Shown here piece after piece: positions 46,520 through 56,415 of a DNA stretch of 64,000 nt (position 1 is the stretch's first letter; every line of letters starts with the position of its first letter). The stretch is taken from positions 1,447,675 to 1,511,674 of the forward strand of contig OZ244812.1 of assembly GCA_965220205.1 (NCBI GenBank), read 5' to 3'. Origin of the DNA: Dehalococcoidia bacterium (GTDB taxonomy: Bacteria > Chloroflexota > Dehalococcoidia > Lucifugimonadales > Australimonadaceae). The translations under genes were made by a program, and so were the position numbers. Below the pieces are notes generated by a model that was given only the letters and a program-made list of their open reading frames with translations, did no database searches and was not told where the DNA came from.

Positions 46520-47080
46520 GTGCCGACCGTTGTCCACATCGAGACCGCCCGCCTGACCGTCCGCGAGTTCACGCCGAGCGACGTCCCCGCGTTCCACGCC
46601 TTCGCTTCGGACCCTGACGTAGTGCGCCACCTGGCGCTCGGCCCCACGAGCCCAGCGGAGAGCCAGGCCATGGTCGATTGGGCCGTCGCCGCGCAAGCGG
46701 CGGCGCCGCGAACGAGCTATGCGCTCGCCGTTGCAGACCGGTCCACCCAAGAGATCATCGGGTCTTGCGGACTGCTGGTCGCGGAGGACCCGCCGAGTGG
46801 AGCCGAGACCTATTTCGTCATCCGCAAGGCGTCCTGGGGGAAGGGATATGGGACGGAGGCTGCGGCAGCAGTGATTGACTACGGGTTCCAGAACCTGGGC
46901 CTGCACCGTATCTGGGCGCAAGCGGCGCCAGAAAACGAGGCGTCGCTGCGGGTACTGGAGAAACTCGGCATGACCTATGAGGGACTCGTGCGAGGGGTCG
47001 TCCTGAAGGACGGACGGTGGCGCGACGTTCACCAGTACTCGACACTGGAAGACGATCTCCGGCGGCGGTCTCCGGTGTAG
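46520..47080 (+). CDS. GNAT family N-acetyltransferase
   Basis: IETARLTVREFTPSDV...; IRKASWGKGYGTEAAAAVIDYGFQNLGLHRI. Confidence 0.85.
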   Translation: MPTVVHIETARLTVREFTPSDVPAFHAFASDPDVVRHLALGPTSPAESQAMVDWAVAAQAAAPRTSYALAVADRSTQEIIGSCGLLVAEDPPSGAETYFVIRKASWGKGYGTEAAAAVIDYGFQNLGLHRIWAQAAPENEASLRVLEKLGMTYEGLVRGVVLKDGRWRDVHQYSTLEDDLRRRSPV

Positions 47081-47098
47081 CTCTTGGGAGGAACATCG

Positions 47099-47470
47099 AT
47101 GGAGGAACAGGTCCGCGAGGCGCTCCGCAAGGGCGGCGTGATCGATATCACCACGACTGGCCGCAAGACGGGCGAGGCGCGACGAATCGAGGTGCGGCTG
47201 CACAACGTGGACGGCGAGCTTTACCTATCGGGAGCGCCGGGGCCGCGCAGCTGGTACGCCAACATGCTCGCCAGCCCGCGGTTCACGGTGCACCTCAAGC
47301 GCGACGTCACGGCGGACATCAACGCCCTGGCGGAGCCCATCCAGGAGGAGCGGGAGCGGCGCCGCGTGTTCCGTACGCTCCTCGATCAGACGGGCCACCT
47401 CGAACAACTCGAGGACCGGATGACAAAGAGCCCGCTCGTGCGCGTCTCGGCGACTCTCGACTCGGACTAG
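47099..47470 (+). CDS. nitroreductase-family deazaflavin-dependent oxidoreductase-like protein (DUF385)
   Basis: ATG 47099 after GGGAGG; ...ITTTGRKTGEARRIEVRLHNVDGELYLSGAPGPRSWYANM... Confidence 0.7.
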   Translation: MEEQVREALRKGGVIDITTTGRKTGEARRIEVRLHNVDGELYLSGAPGPRSWYANMLASPRFTVHLKRDVTADINALAEPIQEERERRRVFRTLLDQTGHLEQLEDRMTKSPLVRVSATLDSD

Positions 47471-47483
47471 CAGGCCGGGACTG

Positions 47484-47672
47484 CTAGGAGACCTTCACGG
47501 GCTTGACCGCTCGCTCGAGCCGCGTGCGGGGCGTGAGCAAGTAGTGTCCGCAGGTGAGGCAGCGGATACCTATGTCGGCGCCAAGGCGCTCCACGCGCCA
47601 GGTCGTCCCCCCGCACGGGTGCGCCTTACGCAGCGTGAGCGTCTCGCCCAGCCGGAAGGTTACGCGTTCCAT
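47484..47672 (-). CDS. DUF951 family protein
   Basis: MERVTFRLGETLTLRKAHPCGGTTWRVERLGADIGIRCLTCGHYLLTPR...; 62 aa; start overlaps the pyrF stop by 13 nt. Confidence 0.7.
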   Translation of the reverse strand: MERVTFRLGETLTLRKAHPCGGTTWRVERLGADIGIRCLTCGHYLLTPRTRLERAVKPVKVS

Positions 47673-48490
47673 CCCTTCCCTATCCGGTCGAGCTCGGCAT
47701 TGATGGCGGCTCGCGTTGCCGACGCCGCAGCGCGCGCGGCCTCTGCGAAGCCGGAGCCATTCGATGCGTAGATGACACTGCGCGAGGCGGAGACGATGAT
47801 GCCCCTGCCGTGTCCGTCGACGCCGGCGCGCACGGAGGCTTCGAGGTCGCCGCCCTGCGCGCCGATGCCGGGTATGAGGATGGGCATCGCGGGCGCGATG
47901 GCCCGGACTCGTGCGAGCTCTTCGGGAGCGGTCGCTCCCACGACCAACCCCACGTTGCCGCGGGTGTTCCATTCGACCGCTCGCCGAGTCACGTGTTCGT
48001 AGAGCGGCGCGGCGGCGCCGTCTCGTCCGACGCTCAGGTCCTGGAAGTCCGCTCCGCCGGGGTTCGAGGTTCGCGCGAGGACGAGCACGCCCCGGTCTTC
48101 GTAGGCCAGAAACGGCTCGAGAGCGTCGCGTCCCTGGTAGGGGTTGACCGTAACGGCGTCCGCGCCCCAGGTCTCGAAGGCTGCCCTCGCATAGTGGATA
48201 GAGGTGTTGTCCATGTCGCCGCGCTTCGCGTCGAGAATGACCGGCACGCCGTCCGGTACGGCTGCAATCGTCGCTTGCAGCGCGCGCAGGCCGTCGATGC
48301 CTTCCGCCTCGTAGAAGGCGAAATTAGGCTTGTACGCGCAGACGAGGTCGGACGTCGCTTCGATGATGGCGCGGTTGAACGCTGCGATATCGCCGATGGG
48401 CATCGACGGCAGCCATGGGTCGAGCCCCACGCAGAGCAGGCTACGGTTCCGGCGGGCAGCTTCGTTCAAGCGTTCGACGAACAGGCTCAC
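47660..48490 (-). CDS. pyrF: orotidine-5'-phosphate decarboxylase (type 2)
   Basis: GTG 48490: (M)SLFVERLNEAARRNRSLLCVGLDP...ILDAKRGDMDNTS...; the track start at 48808 is an extension. Confidence 0.88.
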   Translation of the reverse strand: MSLFVERLNEAARRNRSLLCVGLDPWLPSMPIGDIAAFNRAIIEATSDLVCAYKPNFAFYEAEGIDGLRALQATIAAVPDGVPVILDAKRGDMDNTSIHYARAAFETWGADAVTVNPYQGRDALEPFLAYEDRGVLVLARTSNPGGADFQDLSVGRDGAAAPLYEHVTRRAVEWNTRGNVGLVVGATAPEELARVRAIAPAMPILIPGIGAQGGDLEASVRAGVDGHGRGIIVSASRSVIYASNGSGFAEAARAAASATRAAINAELDRIGKGWNA

Positions 48491-48549
48491 GCCGCCATTG
48501 TAGCAGCGCCCAACACGGGGAGGCGGCGCTTCTGTGCTAGCATCCCGGC

Positions 48550-49260
48550 GTGACCGGCGTTCCCAGCCTCCTGCAAGGCCGTCTCGTGTCCCGCCGCAAC
48601 CGGTTCGCGGCGGATGTCGTGGTCGGCGGTCGGGCGGCGTTAGCGCATGTGCCGAACTCCGGGCGTATGACCGAGCTGTTCGTGGAGGGGGCATCCGTGC
48701 TGCTGCGTCCCGCTCCCACGGCTTCCACGCGGCGCACGGCCTATGACCTCTTGATGATCGAGCACGGCGCACGCTGGGTGGGAGTGGACTCGCGGACGCC
48801 TCCGGCAATCGTCGTGGCGGCTTGGCGGGCGGGACTGCTGCCGGCGGTCCGCGGGTACACGAGCGTCCAGCGCGAGGTGAGGCTGGGCGCGAGCCGCATC
48901 GATCTGCTGTTCGAGGGCCGGCCCGGGGCGCTGTACGTCGAGGCGAAGTCAGTCAACCTCGTTGAGGGGCGCACGGCCATGTTCCCCGATGCGCCGACAG
49001 CGAGAGGCGTGAAGCATCTCTACGAACTCCGGGAGGCGCTGCGGCAGGGTTGCCGAGCCGCCGTGGCGTTCGTCATACAGCGCGACGACGCCGACCGCCT
49101 GACGCCCCACGCGGAGGCGGACCCGGCGTTCGCGGCGGCGCTCCGCGAGGTGGTGCAACAGGGCGTCGAGGCGTACGCAATCGCGTGCAGGGTCGGGCCC
49201 GAGGGCGTCGAGCCGGTGCGGCTCGTGCCCGTGGAGACCGGCGCCGGAGGGGCGGCGTGA
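48550..49260 (+). CDS. sfsA: DNA/RNA nuclease SfsA
   Basis: LLQGRLVSRRNRFAADVVV...HVPNSGRM...YVEAKSV...; 236 aa. Confidence 0.85.
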   Translation: MTGVPSLLQGRLVSRRNRFAADVVVGGRAALAHVPNSGRMTELFVEGASVLLRPAPTASTRRTAYDLLMIEHGARWVGVDSRTPPAIVVAAWRAGLLPAVRGYTSVQREVRLGASRIDLLFEGRPGALYVEAKSVNLVEGRTAMFPDAPTARGVKHLYELREALRQGCRAAVAFVIQRDDADRLTPHAEADPAFAAALREVVQQGVEAYAIACRVGPEGVEPVRLVPVETGAGGAA

Positions 49261-49940
49261 CTCGCGAACGGAGCCTGAGCGAGCTGCTCACCGAGGTGTA
49301 CGAGCGGTTGCTGGCGGCGCACGGCCCGCAGGGCTGGTGGCCGGGCGACGGTCCGTTCGAGACGATCGTCGGCGCCGTGCTCACGCAGAACACGGCGTGG
49401 ACGAACGTTGACCGCGCAATCGCGAATCTGCGCGAGGCGCGGGCGATGTCGCCGTCGGCGATCCGTGAACTGCCCGAGGCGGAGCTCGCGGCGCTCATCC
49501 GGCCCAGCGGCTACTTCAACTCGAAGGTCCGCAAGCTGAAGGCGGTCGCCGAGTACTTGGCGGCATACGGGGACGACACGGAACCATGGGGCGCGCGCGA
49601 GGCAAAGGAACTGCGCGCCGAGCTCCTCGGCGTGTTCGGGATCGGCCCGGAGACGGCGGACGACATCGTCCTCTACGTGGCCGGGCTGCCCTCGTTCGTC
49701 ATCGACGCCTACACCCAGCGCATGGTCGACCGCTGGGGCGTCGCGCCGGGCCTCGCCCGTTACGGCGACTACCAGGCGCTGTTCGAGGCTAACCTGCCGC
49801 ACGACGCGCCGCTGTTCAACGAGTACCACGCGCTGCTCGACGCGCACGCCGGGGCGGTCTGCCGCAAGCGTGACCCGCGCTGCGGCGCGTGCGTGCTCAA
49901 CGACCTGTGCGCGACGGGCCGCGCGGCGACCCGGGCGTAG
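49257..49940 (+). CDS. endonuclease III-like HhH-GPD base-excision repair protein with [4Fe-4S] cluster loop
   Basis: GTG 49257 overlaps the sfsA stop; VLTQNTAWTNV, GIGPETADDIVLY, C-x6-C-x2-C-x5-C (CRKRDPRCGACVLNDLC). Confidence 0.82.
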   Translation: MTRERSLSELLTEVYERLLAAHGPQGWWPGDGPFETIVGAVLTQNTAWTNVDRAIANLREARAMSPSAIRELPEAELAALIRPSGYFNSKVRKLKAVAEYLAAYGDDTEPWGAREAKELRAELLGVFGIGPETADDIVLYVAGLPSFVIDAYTQRMVDRWGVAPGLARYGDYQALFEANLPHDAPLFNEYHALLDAHAGAVCRKRDPRCGACVLNDLCATGRAATRA

Positions 49941-50038
49941 CGCCGCAGCGCGGGCGACCGGCTCCGACCGGCATTGCTGGCAGGAGACGCTTTCCCAAAC
50001 GGTGACTCTGGGGCCAGGCCGGGCGCCGCCGTTCGGCC

Positions 50039-50950
50039 CTAGGTCGAGAGCGCTTCCTCCAGCGCCCCTTCGAGCTCTTCGTGCACAAAGACGTAGCCGC
50101 TGTCCAACGCCGCCGTCGGGAGCACGCGCCTACTGTTCAGGACCTCGTGCGCGAACTCGCCGAGCAGCAGCCGCACGGAGAGAGCGGGCGCGCAGAGGAA
50201 GGCGGGGCGGCGAAGGACACGGCCTAGCGTCCTCGCAAAGACGCGTTGACGTATGGGGCTGGGCGACGCCACGTTCAGCGGGCCGGCCAGCGCATCGTCC
50301 GCGATGGCGTGGGACACGAGCCCCGCTACGTCGCTCACGTGCGCCCACGGCCACCACTGCTTGCCGGAGCCGAGCCTGCCGCCCACGCCCGAATTGAATG
50401 GCCGCGTCACCGCTTCGAGGAAGGGCGAGCCGCTGCCCACGACCGGGGCGATGCGCAGCGAGACTACGCGGACGCCGAGCGCGGAGGCGGCCTGGGCCTC
50501 CTCCTCCCAGTCGCGGCAGACGCGGGCGAGGAAGTCGCGGCCCGGCGGTTCGGCCTCGGTGAGCTCGTCGTCGCGTCGGTGACCGTAGTAGCCGACGGCG
50601 CTTGCGCTCAGGAGGACTCGTGGGCGGACGCGGACGGCCTCGAGCCCGTGGACGAGATTGCGCGTCCCAGTCACCCGGGTGTCGTAGATCAGCCGCTTCC
50701 TGTCGGCGTTCCACCGCGGCGCAACGCGCTCACCCGTGAGGTGGACGACAGCGTCGACGCCCAGCAGCGCGCTCGGCTGTAGCGGTCCGTCCATCGGGGA
50801 CCAACCGAAGGCGCGGCTCAGGCCGGGCACGGCATCGCGGGCGGCCCCGGGGTCGCGCGAGGTCCCGGCCACGTCGTGGCCGTCGGCGGTGATCGCAGCG
50901 CACAGCGCGCGCCCAAGGTAACCTGTGACTCCCGTAATCAGCACGCGCAT
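50039..50950 (-). CDS. TIGR01777/YfcH-type NAD-dependent epimerase-dehydratase family protein (with DUF1731)
   Basis: MRVLITGVTGYLG Rossmann start; 303 aa. Confidence 0.8.
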   Translation of the reverse strand: MRVLITGVTGYLGRALCAAITADGHDVAGTSRDPGAARDAVPGLSRAFGWSPMDGPLQPSALLGVDAVVHLTGERVAPRWNADRKRLIYDTRVTGTRNLVHGLEAVRVRPRVLLSASAVGYYGHRRDDELTEAEPPGRDFLARVCRDWEEEAQAASALGVRVVSLRIAPVVGSGSPFLEAVTRPFNSGVGGRLGSGKQWWPWAHVSDVAGLVSHAIADDALAGPLNVASPSPIRQRVFARTLGRVLRRPAFLCAPALSVRLLLGEFAHEVLNSRRVLPTAALDSGYVFVHEELEGALEEALST

Positions 50951-51021
50951 GTCTCAGACGTGCTCCTCAAAGCAAGGTATTCGTGGCGAGATGTGTTTCG
51001 TGAACGGAGGTTCGTAAACGT

Positions 51022-51052
51022 CAGAGGGGGCGGCCTAGGGCCACCCCCTCTG
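51022..51052 (-). terminator. hairpin downstream of proX
   Basis: 9-bp stem cagaggggg/ccccctctg with a 13-nt loop, 22 nt after the proX stop; weak U tract. Confidence 0.4.
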
Positions 51053-51073
51053 CTCCATTATCGTTAGCCGCAG

Positions 51074-52102
51074 CTAGCCGCTGATCCCTTCCAGCACCTC
51101 GTCGGCGACGCCCTCGGTGACCCAGCTCTTCCAGTCGTCAGACTCTTGGAGCCACCAGTCGGCGACGTCGGCGTAGTCGTCTCCTGTCTCGTCTAGGCGA
51201 GCGAGCAGCATATCGACGGCCTCGTCGCTCAGCGTCCACTTCGCCAGGAACGCGACGGCGTCGGGTGCCGCCTCTATCAGCTCGGTCCGCACCGCGATGA
51301 GCACCTGAGCGTCGGAGTACTCACACGCTTGCGTGATGTCGGCTGCCTCGGTTGAGGTCATGTGGTCCCAGCACTCGGCAGAGTAGCCAGGCTCTTCCAA
51401 GCGTAGGAAGCCGCCGTACTGGCCCAGCTTCGCCGGGAGCGTCTCGGGGCCCCAGTAGTAGAAGAGGATGTTTTCTTCCCTCTCGAACCCGCCGAGGATC
51501 TCCGCGTTCAGGGCGTCGTAGGAACCAGGGTTGATCATCGTGACCACATCGCCTAGGCCGTAGCCATAGACCTGCTTCTCGTTGATCACCTCGCACTCCC
51601 AGCCGGGAATGCAGGTGATCAGCCCTGCCTTGCCCTCACTGTCCGGGCGGACGAACAGGCCCCAGTGCGCCTCATCCTTGAGGTCCTCAACCGATCGGAG
51701 CCCGGGGTTGGCGTCCGCGGTGTACTGCGGGATGAGGAAGGCACTCTGCCAGGCCACGCCCGCGAGGGAGTCGCCAATCTCGGTAACGGTCCCCGCGGCT
51801 TCAGCCTCGGCCCAGGCGGCCTGCTGGTTCGGCAGCCATATCTCCATGGTGATATTCGTGTCGCCGGCGGTGAGCGCCTGCATCAGAGGAATCGTCCCGC
51901 CCGCCACGGAGTCGGTCTCATACCCGTAGCCGTTCTCCAGGATGGAGCGCGCAACCGCGTTCTGCAACCCGGCTGTGCTCCAGTTCAGGTCGGAGAAGAT
52001 GAGCACGGGCTTGTCCCCCTCGTCCCTGCACGCTGCCACCAGCGCCGTTGTCATCAGGGCCATAAGCCCGATGAATAGCCATACACGTTTCGTTGCCTTC
52101 AT
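51074..52102 (-). CDS. proX: glycine betaine/proline ABC transporter substrate-binding lipoprotein
   Basis: Signal/lipobox LVAAC; OpuAC-like body DLNWSTAGLQNAVARSILENGYGY... Confidence 0.85.
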   Translation of the reverse strand: MKATKRVWLFIGLMALMTTALVAACRDEGDKPVLIFSDLNWSTAGLQNAVARSILENGYGYETDSVAGGTIPLMQALTAGDTNITMEIWLPNQQAAWAEAEAAGTVTEIGDSLAGVAWQSAFLIPQYTADANPGLRSVEDLKDEAHWGLFVRPDSEGKAGLITCIPGWECEVINEKQVYGYGLGDVVTMINPGSYDALNAEILGGFEREENILFYYWGPETLPAKLGQYGGFLRLEEPGYSAECWDHMTSTEAADITQACEYSDAQVLIAVRTELIEAAPDAVAFLAKWTLSDEAVDMLLARLDETGDDYADVADWWLQESDDWKSWVTEGVADEVLEGISG

Positions 52103-52141
52103 ACAGTCGCCTCCTCGATATCAATGCCGTTGCATTCGTTG

Positions 52142-52171
52142 GCGCTATGCCAGTCTGCGCTATGCCAGTCT
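52142..52171. repeat. 15-bp perfect tandem duplication in proW-proX spacer
   Basis: gcgctatgccagtct gcgctatgccagtct. Confidence 0.7.
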
Positions 52172-52249
52172 CCGACTGGGGTTTTCTCTCGATTCCGTCG
52201 TTCCCCGGGATCACGGGATCCGGTTGCGCGCGCCTCTCAATGCCTTCGC

Positions 52250-53266
52250 CTAACGGTCGCCTGTCAACGCCGCCTGCCGTTCTTTCGCGGCGGCCTGCGT
52301 AATCCTGTCTATGATAATCGCCAGGATGACGATGCCCAGACCGGCAAGGAGCGCCTTGCCCGGCTCCAACCTGCCCAGGGCCCGGCTCACGTCCTCTCCC
52401 AAGCCGCCCGCTCCGACGAGGGAGGCGATGACGACCATCGCCAACGCCATCATCGTCGTCTGGTTGATGCCCGCCATGATGGTCGGCACGGCCATCGGAA
52501 TCTGCACCTTGACCAGCAGTTGGCGGGGGGTCGTGCCGAACGAGCGGGCCGCCTCCACGACCTCCGGCGAGACCTGTCTGATGCCCAGGTTCGTCAGCCT
52601 GATCGCCGGCGGGACCGCGTAGATCACGGTCGCGAACACCGCCGGTACGTTCCCGATGTGGAAGAACATCACCGCAGGCACCAGGTACACGAAGGCGGGC
52701 ATCGTCTGCATGCCGTCCAGCAACGGCCGGAGCAGCGAGTCCAGCGTGTCGCTCCGAGCGGATGCAACGCCCAAGGGGACCGCGATGCCAATCGAAATCG
52801 TCACCGCGACCACGATCAACGCCATCGTCTCCATTGCGCTGGGCCACAGGTCAACTAGGCCGATGCCGAGAAGACTCGCCACCGAGAAGACGCCGATGCG
52901 CCAACCGGCGAGCTTCCAGGCCAGCAGCCCAACGCCGAAGATCAACGCCGGCCAAGGCGCCCATAGGAAAACGCTCTCGACCCACAGCAGGAACTGGAGC
53001 ACCACTTTCGCGATGGCGTCGAATATGAAATCGCCGTTCCGGGTGGTCCAGAATATCGCCGTGTCCACCGCATCGGACAGCATCCGGGCGTAGTTGGCGG
53101 GGAATCCCATCCGGGGCCCCCAGACGGCAATCAGTACAAGCGAGACGACGAACAGAACGACGAGCCCGCCCGCGTAGAGGTAGCGGTCGGGCATGGCGTC
53201 GAAGCGGGCGCGGAGGCCGACCAACTCCTGGTCGCCGTCCTTGGTCCTTCGTGTCGCCAGCGCCAT
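52250..53266 (-). CDS. proW: glycine betaine/proline ABC transporter permease
   Basis: Multi-TM; ...VEAARSFGTTPRQLLVKVQIPMAVPTIMAGINQT... Confidence 0.88.
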   Translation of the reverse strand: MALATRRTKDGDQELVGLRARFDAMPDRYLYAGGLVVLFVVSLVLIAVWGPRMGFPANYARMLSDAVDTAIFWTTRNGDFIFDAIAKVVLQFLLWVESVFLWAPWPALIFGVGLLAWKLAGWRIGVFSVASLLGIGLVDLWPSAMETMALIVVAVTISIGIAVPLGVASARSDTLDSLLRPLLDGMQTMPAFVYLVPAVMFFHIGNVPAVFATVIYAVPPAIRLTNLGIRQVSPEVVEAARSFGTTPRQLLVKVQIPMAVPTIMAGINQTTMMALAMVVIASLVGAGGLGEDVSRALGRLEPGKALLAGLGIVILAIIIDRITQAAAKERQAALTGDR

Positions 53267-53275
53267 GACTTGCTC

Positions 53276-54538
53276 CTACCCCCTGTCCGCCCCGATGGCG
53301 ACCGCGGCCTCGGCCTCGGCCACCGCGGCAGCCTCGATGCTCTCTTGCTCCATGAGTTCGATGAGCGCGCTCGCCAGCACCTGACCGACCAGGCGTCCGT
53401 CCTCGTCGATGAGCGGGACCGGGCCGGACACGTTCCGCACCAACGGCAGGGCCGCCGACACTGACAGGTCAGCCGGAACCGGCCTTACGTCGTCGGAGAG
53501 GGCGCTGACTACCGTCTCGTCGCCGCGCTGGCTCGCCTCCGCAAGGTGGGCGAAGCTCACCGCGCCGATGTACAGGCCGCGACGGTCGGCAACGAACCCC
53601 GCGACCTCTCCCTGGCCGCCGATCGCATCCATGGCCTCCCGCGGCGACATCGTCGACAGCACCGGGACGACGGGTCGCTGCATCAGCGTGCGCACGGTGA
53701 TCACAGAGGACTTTCGCACGTCACGCACGAATTCGGTCACGTAGTCGTCGGCGGGATTCGCCAGTATCTCCTCGCCCGTGCCGACCTGGATGACTGCGCC
53801 GTCGCGCATGATCGCGATGTGGTCGCCCAGCTTCAGCGCTTCGTTCAGGTCGTGGGTGATGAACATGATGGTCTTGTGCAGTTGCTGCTGCAGCCGGATC
53901 AACTCGTTTTGCATGTCGCGCCGAATCAGGGGGTCGAGCCCACTGAACGGCTCATCCATCAACAGCAGACTGGGGTTGGCGGCTATGGCGCGGGCGAGGC
54001 CCACCCGCTGCTGCATCCCGCCGCTTAGGGTCGACGGGCGGTACTCTTCCCACCCCTTCAGTCCGACCAGCTCGAGCACCTTGCGGGCCCGTTCGGTCCG
54101 CGCGATTTTCTCGATGCCCTGCACCTCGAGGCCCCACGCCGCGTTCTCCTCGACCGTGCGGTGGGGCAGCAGTCCGAAGTGCTGGAAGACCATCGCCGCC
54201 TTCTTGCGGCGGAACTCGATCAGCTCATTCTCGTCGTACCGGAGGATGTCCTCGCCGTCCACCCGGATCTCGCCGAAGGTCGGCTCGATGAGCCGGATCA
54301 GCGAGCGCACCAACGTCGACTTGCCGCTCCCGGACAACCCCATGACGACGAACGTCTCGCCGGGGGCCACGTCGAAGCTCACGTCCCGGAGCGCCAGCAC
54401 CAAGCCGTGGGCCTCGCGGAGCTCGGCTTTCGTCTTGTCACGAATATCCGGCGTGATCTCCGTCGGAGGACGATTCCCGAACAGCTTCCAGAGGCCTCGA
54501 ACGGTCACTCGAGGGTCTACGGGTGGATGGGTCGCCAT
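53276..54538 (-). CDS. proV: glycine betaine/proline ABC transporter ATPase with tandem CBS domains
   Basis: Walker [30 protein letters not shown]; C-terminal CBS pair. Confidence 0.9.
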   Translation of the reverse strand: MATHPPVDPRVTVRGLWKLFGNRPPTEITPDIRDKTKAELREAHGLVLALRDVSFDVAPGETFVVMGLSGSGKSTLVRSLIRLIEPTFGEIRVDGEDILRYDENELIEFRRKKAAMVFQHFGLLPHRTVEENAAWGLEVQGIEKIARTERARKVLELVGLKGWEEYRPSTLSGGMQQRVGLARAIAANPSLLLMDEPFSGLDPLIRRDMQNELIRLQQQLHKTIMFITHDLNEALKLGDHIAIMRDGAVIQVGTGEEILANPADDYVTEFVRDVRKSSVITVRTLMQRPVVPVLSTMSPREAMDAIGGQGEVAGFVADRRGLYIGAVSFAHLAEASQRGDETVVSALSDDVRPVPADLSVSAALPLVRNVSGPVPLIDEDGRLVGQVLASALIELMEQESIEAAAVAEAEAAVAIGADRG

Positions 54539-55140
54539 TTACTTCTCCGCCGTTGGCCTATCCTCTGCAAGCGTTGTGCAAGCCGTCCAAATGGAGAATA
54601 GCGGGGGTGGGGTGCGCTACGTGCGAGCGCAAAGGTCACCGCACGGAAGCGTGACTCAAGTGATAGTGTGTTCCATTCGGCCCGCAGGCGTCGAAGGTCT
54701 TGGCGCCGCCCTCTCCGCGCAGGCTCTACGCCACAGTAGCGATGCGCTCCGCGCAGTGTCAACGTCACGATTCCGCCGTGCCCTCACACGATGTCGCCGA
54801 CTTGCGTGCATGCCTATATCTGTCGGACGAGCCCACCATACAGGCGCGGGCGTCCAGTCCATCGCCTCTCCGCCAAGGCCATAGGTATATACGGCCCGCC
54901 CGACGAACGCCCCGCTCTCCCGGCTGATTTCGTCGGCCAACGCGCCGTCTCACGGTCTATTCCGCTAACCCGCCTACCTGTCGCAACGGGGGCAGATTGG
55001 AGACCGCCCAGAGGCGCTTCAAGATGACGCAGCCAAGAATGACGGAGCGGTAGCGAGCGGTCCGGCCGCTATCCATCGGCCCCTCGCCATGACATCCGCT
55101 CCTTCCGTCAATGCCACGCAACCCCTACCATGCCTGTTGA

Positions 55141-55368
55141 AGCCTGTCCTGAGCCTGTCGAAGGGAACCCTCGAAACCATGGCGCTGGCGCGCCGGGGCG
55201 CTGGCCCGATTTACGAGTAAATGTCGCAAATGTCGCAGAATGTCGCACTATTTTGCCCCTCCACTCGTAAACCCCCTACATTTACGAGTGAAAAACCTCA
55301 CGCTTTGGGCCCATTTCCGGCCATTTTGGCCAATTTTCGTTCAATTCCGTCTCACCCGCCGTCATTCC
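55141..55368. repeat. multi-module structured intergenic repeat, copy 2 (left part; continues at 56416-56458 beyond the IS)
   Basis: Same module order as 21439-21662; 24/25 identity in AGCCTGTCCTGAGCCTGTCGAAGGG. TTTACGAGT (55210), 3 x AATGTCGCA, CCACTCGTAAACC (55261), TTTACGAGT (55281), CCGTCATTCC (55359). Confidence 0.7.
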
Positions 55369-56415
55369 TGTAGATGTCAACTAATTCGTTGACAGAAGCG
55401 CCAAGGACTGGAGGGGGCTCTTGCCCCCGAGGCCTTGGTGGGGCCGCTCCGTGTTGTAGTAGAGGAGGTACTCCACCAGCTCCCGCTGCAACTCTTCCAC
55501 CGACTCGAACGTCGTCTCGTCCAGCAGGTCCTCGTTCAGCGTCCGCCAGAACCGCTCGATCTTCCCGTTGGTCTGCGGCCGGTAGGGCCGCGTGTAGCGG
55601 TGCGTGATGCCCAGCTCCTGGAACATTCGCTCCATCGGGTGGTTGGCCTTGTTGGCCGGCGAAGCCACCTCGGCCCCGTTGTCCGTGAGAATGGCCTCGA
55701 ACCGGACTCCGTACTCGGCGTTCAGCAGGTTGATGCTCTTCAGCGCCGCGAACATCACGCTCAGGCTCTTCAGGTCGTCCACCACCTCCGCCCAGGCCAG
55801 GCGCGTGCAGGCGTCGAGCACCGACACCAGGTAGTGGCGCCGCTTCGCTCCCACGATCAGGTCCCTGCTCAGGTAGTGGCAGTCGAGGTGGCCCAGCTCC
55901 CCGGCACGGGTCTTGATGATCTGGCGCTTGGACTCCCGCATGGGCTTGGTCAACCGGTTCAGGCCGTGGCGCTGGGCGATGGCGTAGATGGTCGAGGGCG
56001 CCGGGGTGTGGGACTTCAGCACCGGCCTGAGTATGGCATAGATCTCGTAGCGGTTGATGCCCTTGCGCCGGAGCTCGAGCACCTTCTCCTCAATGAGGGG
56101 GAGGGTGCGGCGGCTCTTCCACTTGGGCCCCCGCTTACGGGGCAGCAGGGCATCGTCCGCCCCCGATTGACGGTAGCGGTTGTAGTACTTGGCGAAGGTC
56201 TGGCGGTTGGTCCCATGGAAGGCGTAGAAGTCCTGCACGAAGCGGAACTGGGGATGCCGCTTGGCCTTGACCCGTTCGTAGTCCCGGACCAGGAATCGCC
56301 ACTTCTGGACGTAGTTCCGCTCGATCGTGCGGTCATCGCTGTTGTCGCGCATCTTCGCCTCCCGACTGGCTTCATCCCTCACACCAGTCTGTCAGCGAAT
56401 TACCTAACATCTACA
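55369..56415 (-). mobile_element. IS481-family insertion sequence, apparently intact (1047 bp)
   Basis: 28-bp imperfect terminal inverted repeats: TGTAGATGTCAACTAATTCGTTGACAGA at 55369-55396 versus the reverse complement of 56388-56415, TGTAGATGTTAGGTAATTCGCTGACAGA (24/28). 5-bp direct repeat ATTCC at 55364-55368 and 56416-56420; single transposase ORF. Confidence 0.85.
55381..56382 (-). CDS. IS481-family DDE (rve) transposase
   Basis: 333 aa, GTG start; N-terminal HTH region; DDE triad context HLDCHY..., LTDNGAE..., TNGKIERFWRTL; stop lies inside the left IR. Confidence 0.88.
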   Translation of the reverse strand: MRDEASREAKMRDNSDDRTIERNYVQKWRFLVRDYERVKAKRHPQFRFVQDFYAFHGTNRQTFAKYYNRYRQSGADDALLPRKRGPKWKSRRTLPLIEEKVLELRRKGINRYEIYAILRPVLKSHTPAPSTIYAIAQRHGLNRLTKPMRESKRQIIKTRAGELGHLDCHYLSRDLIVGAKRRHYLVSVLDACTRLAWAEVVDDLKSLSVMFAALKSINLLNAEYGVRFEAILTDNGAEVASPANKANHPMERMFQELGITHRYTRPYRPQTNGKIERFWRTLNEDLLDETTFESVEELQRELVEYLLYYNTERPHQGLGGKSPLQSLALLSTN

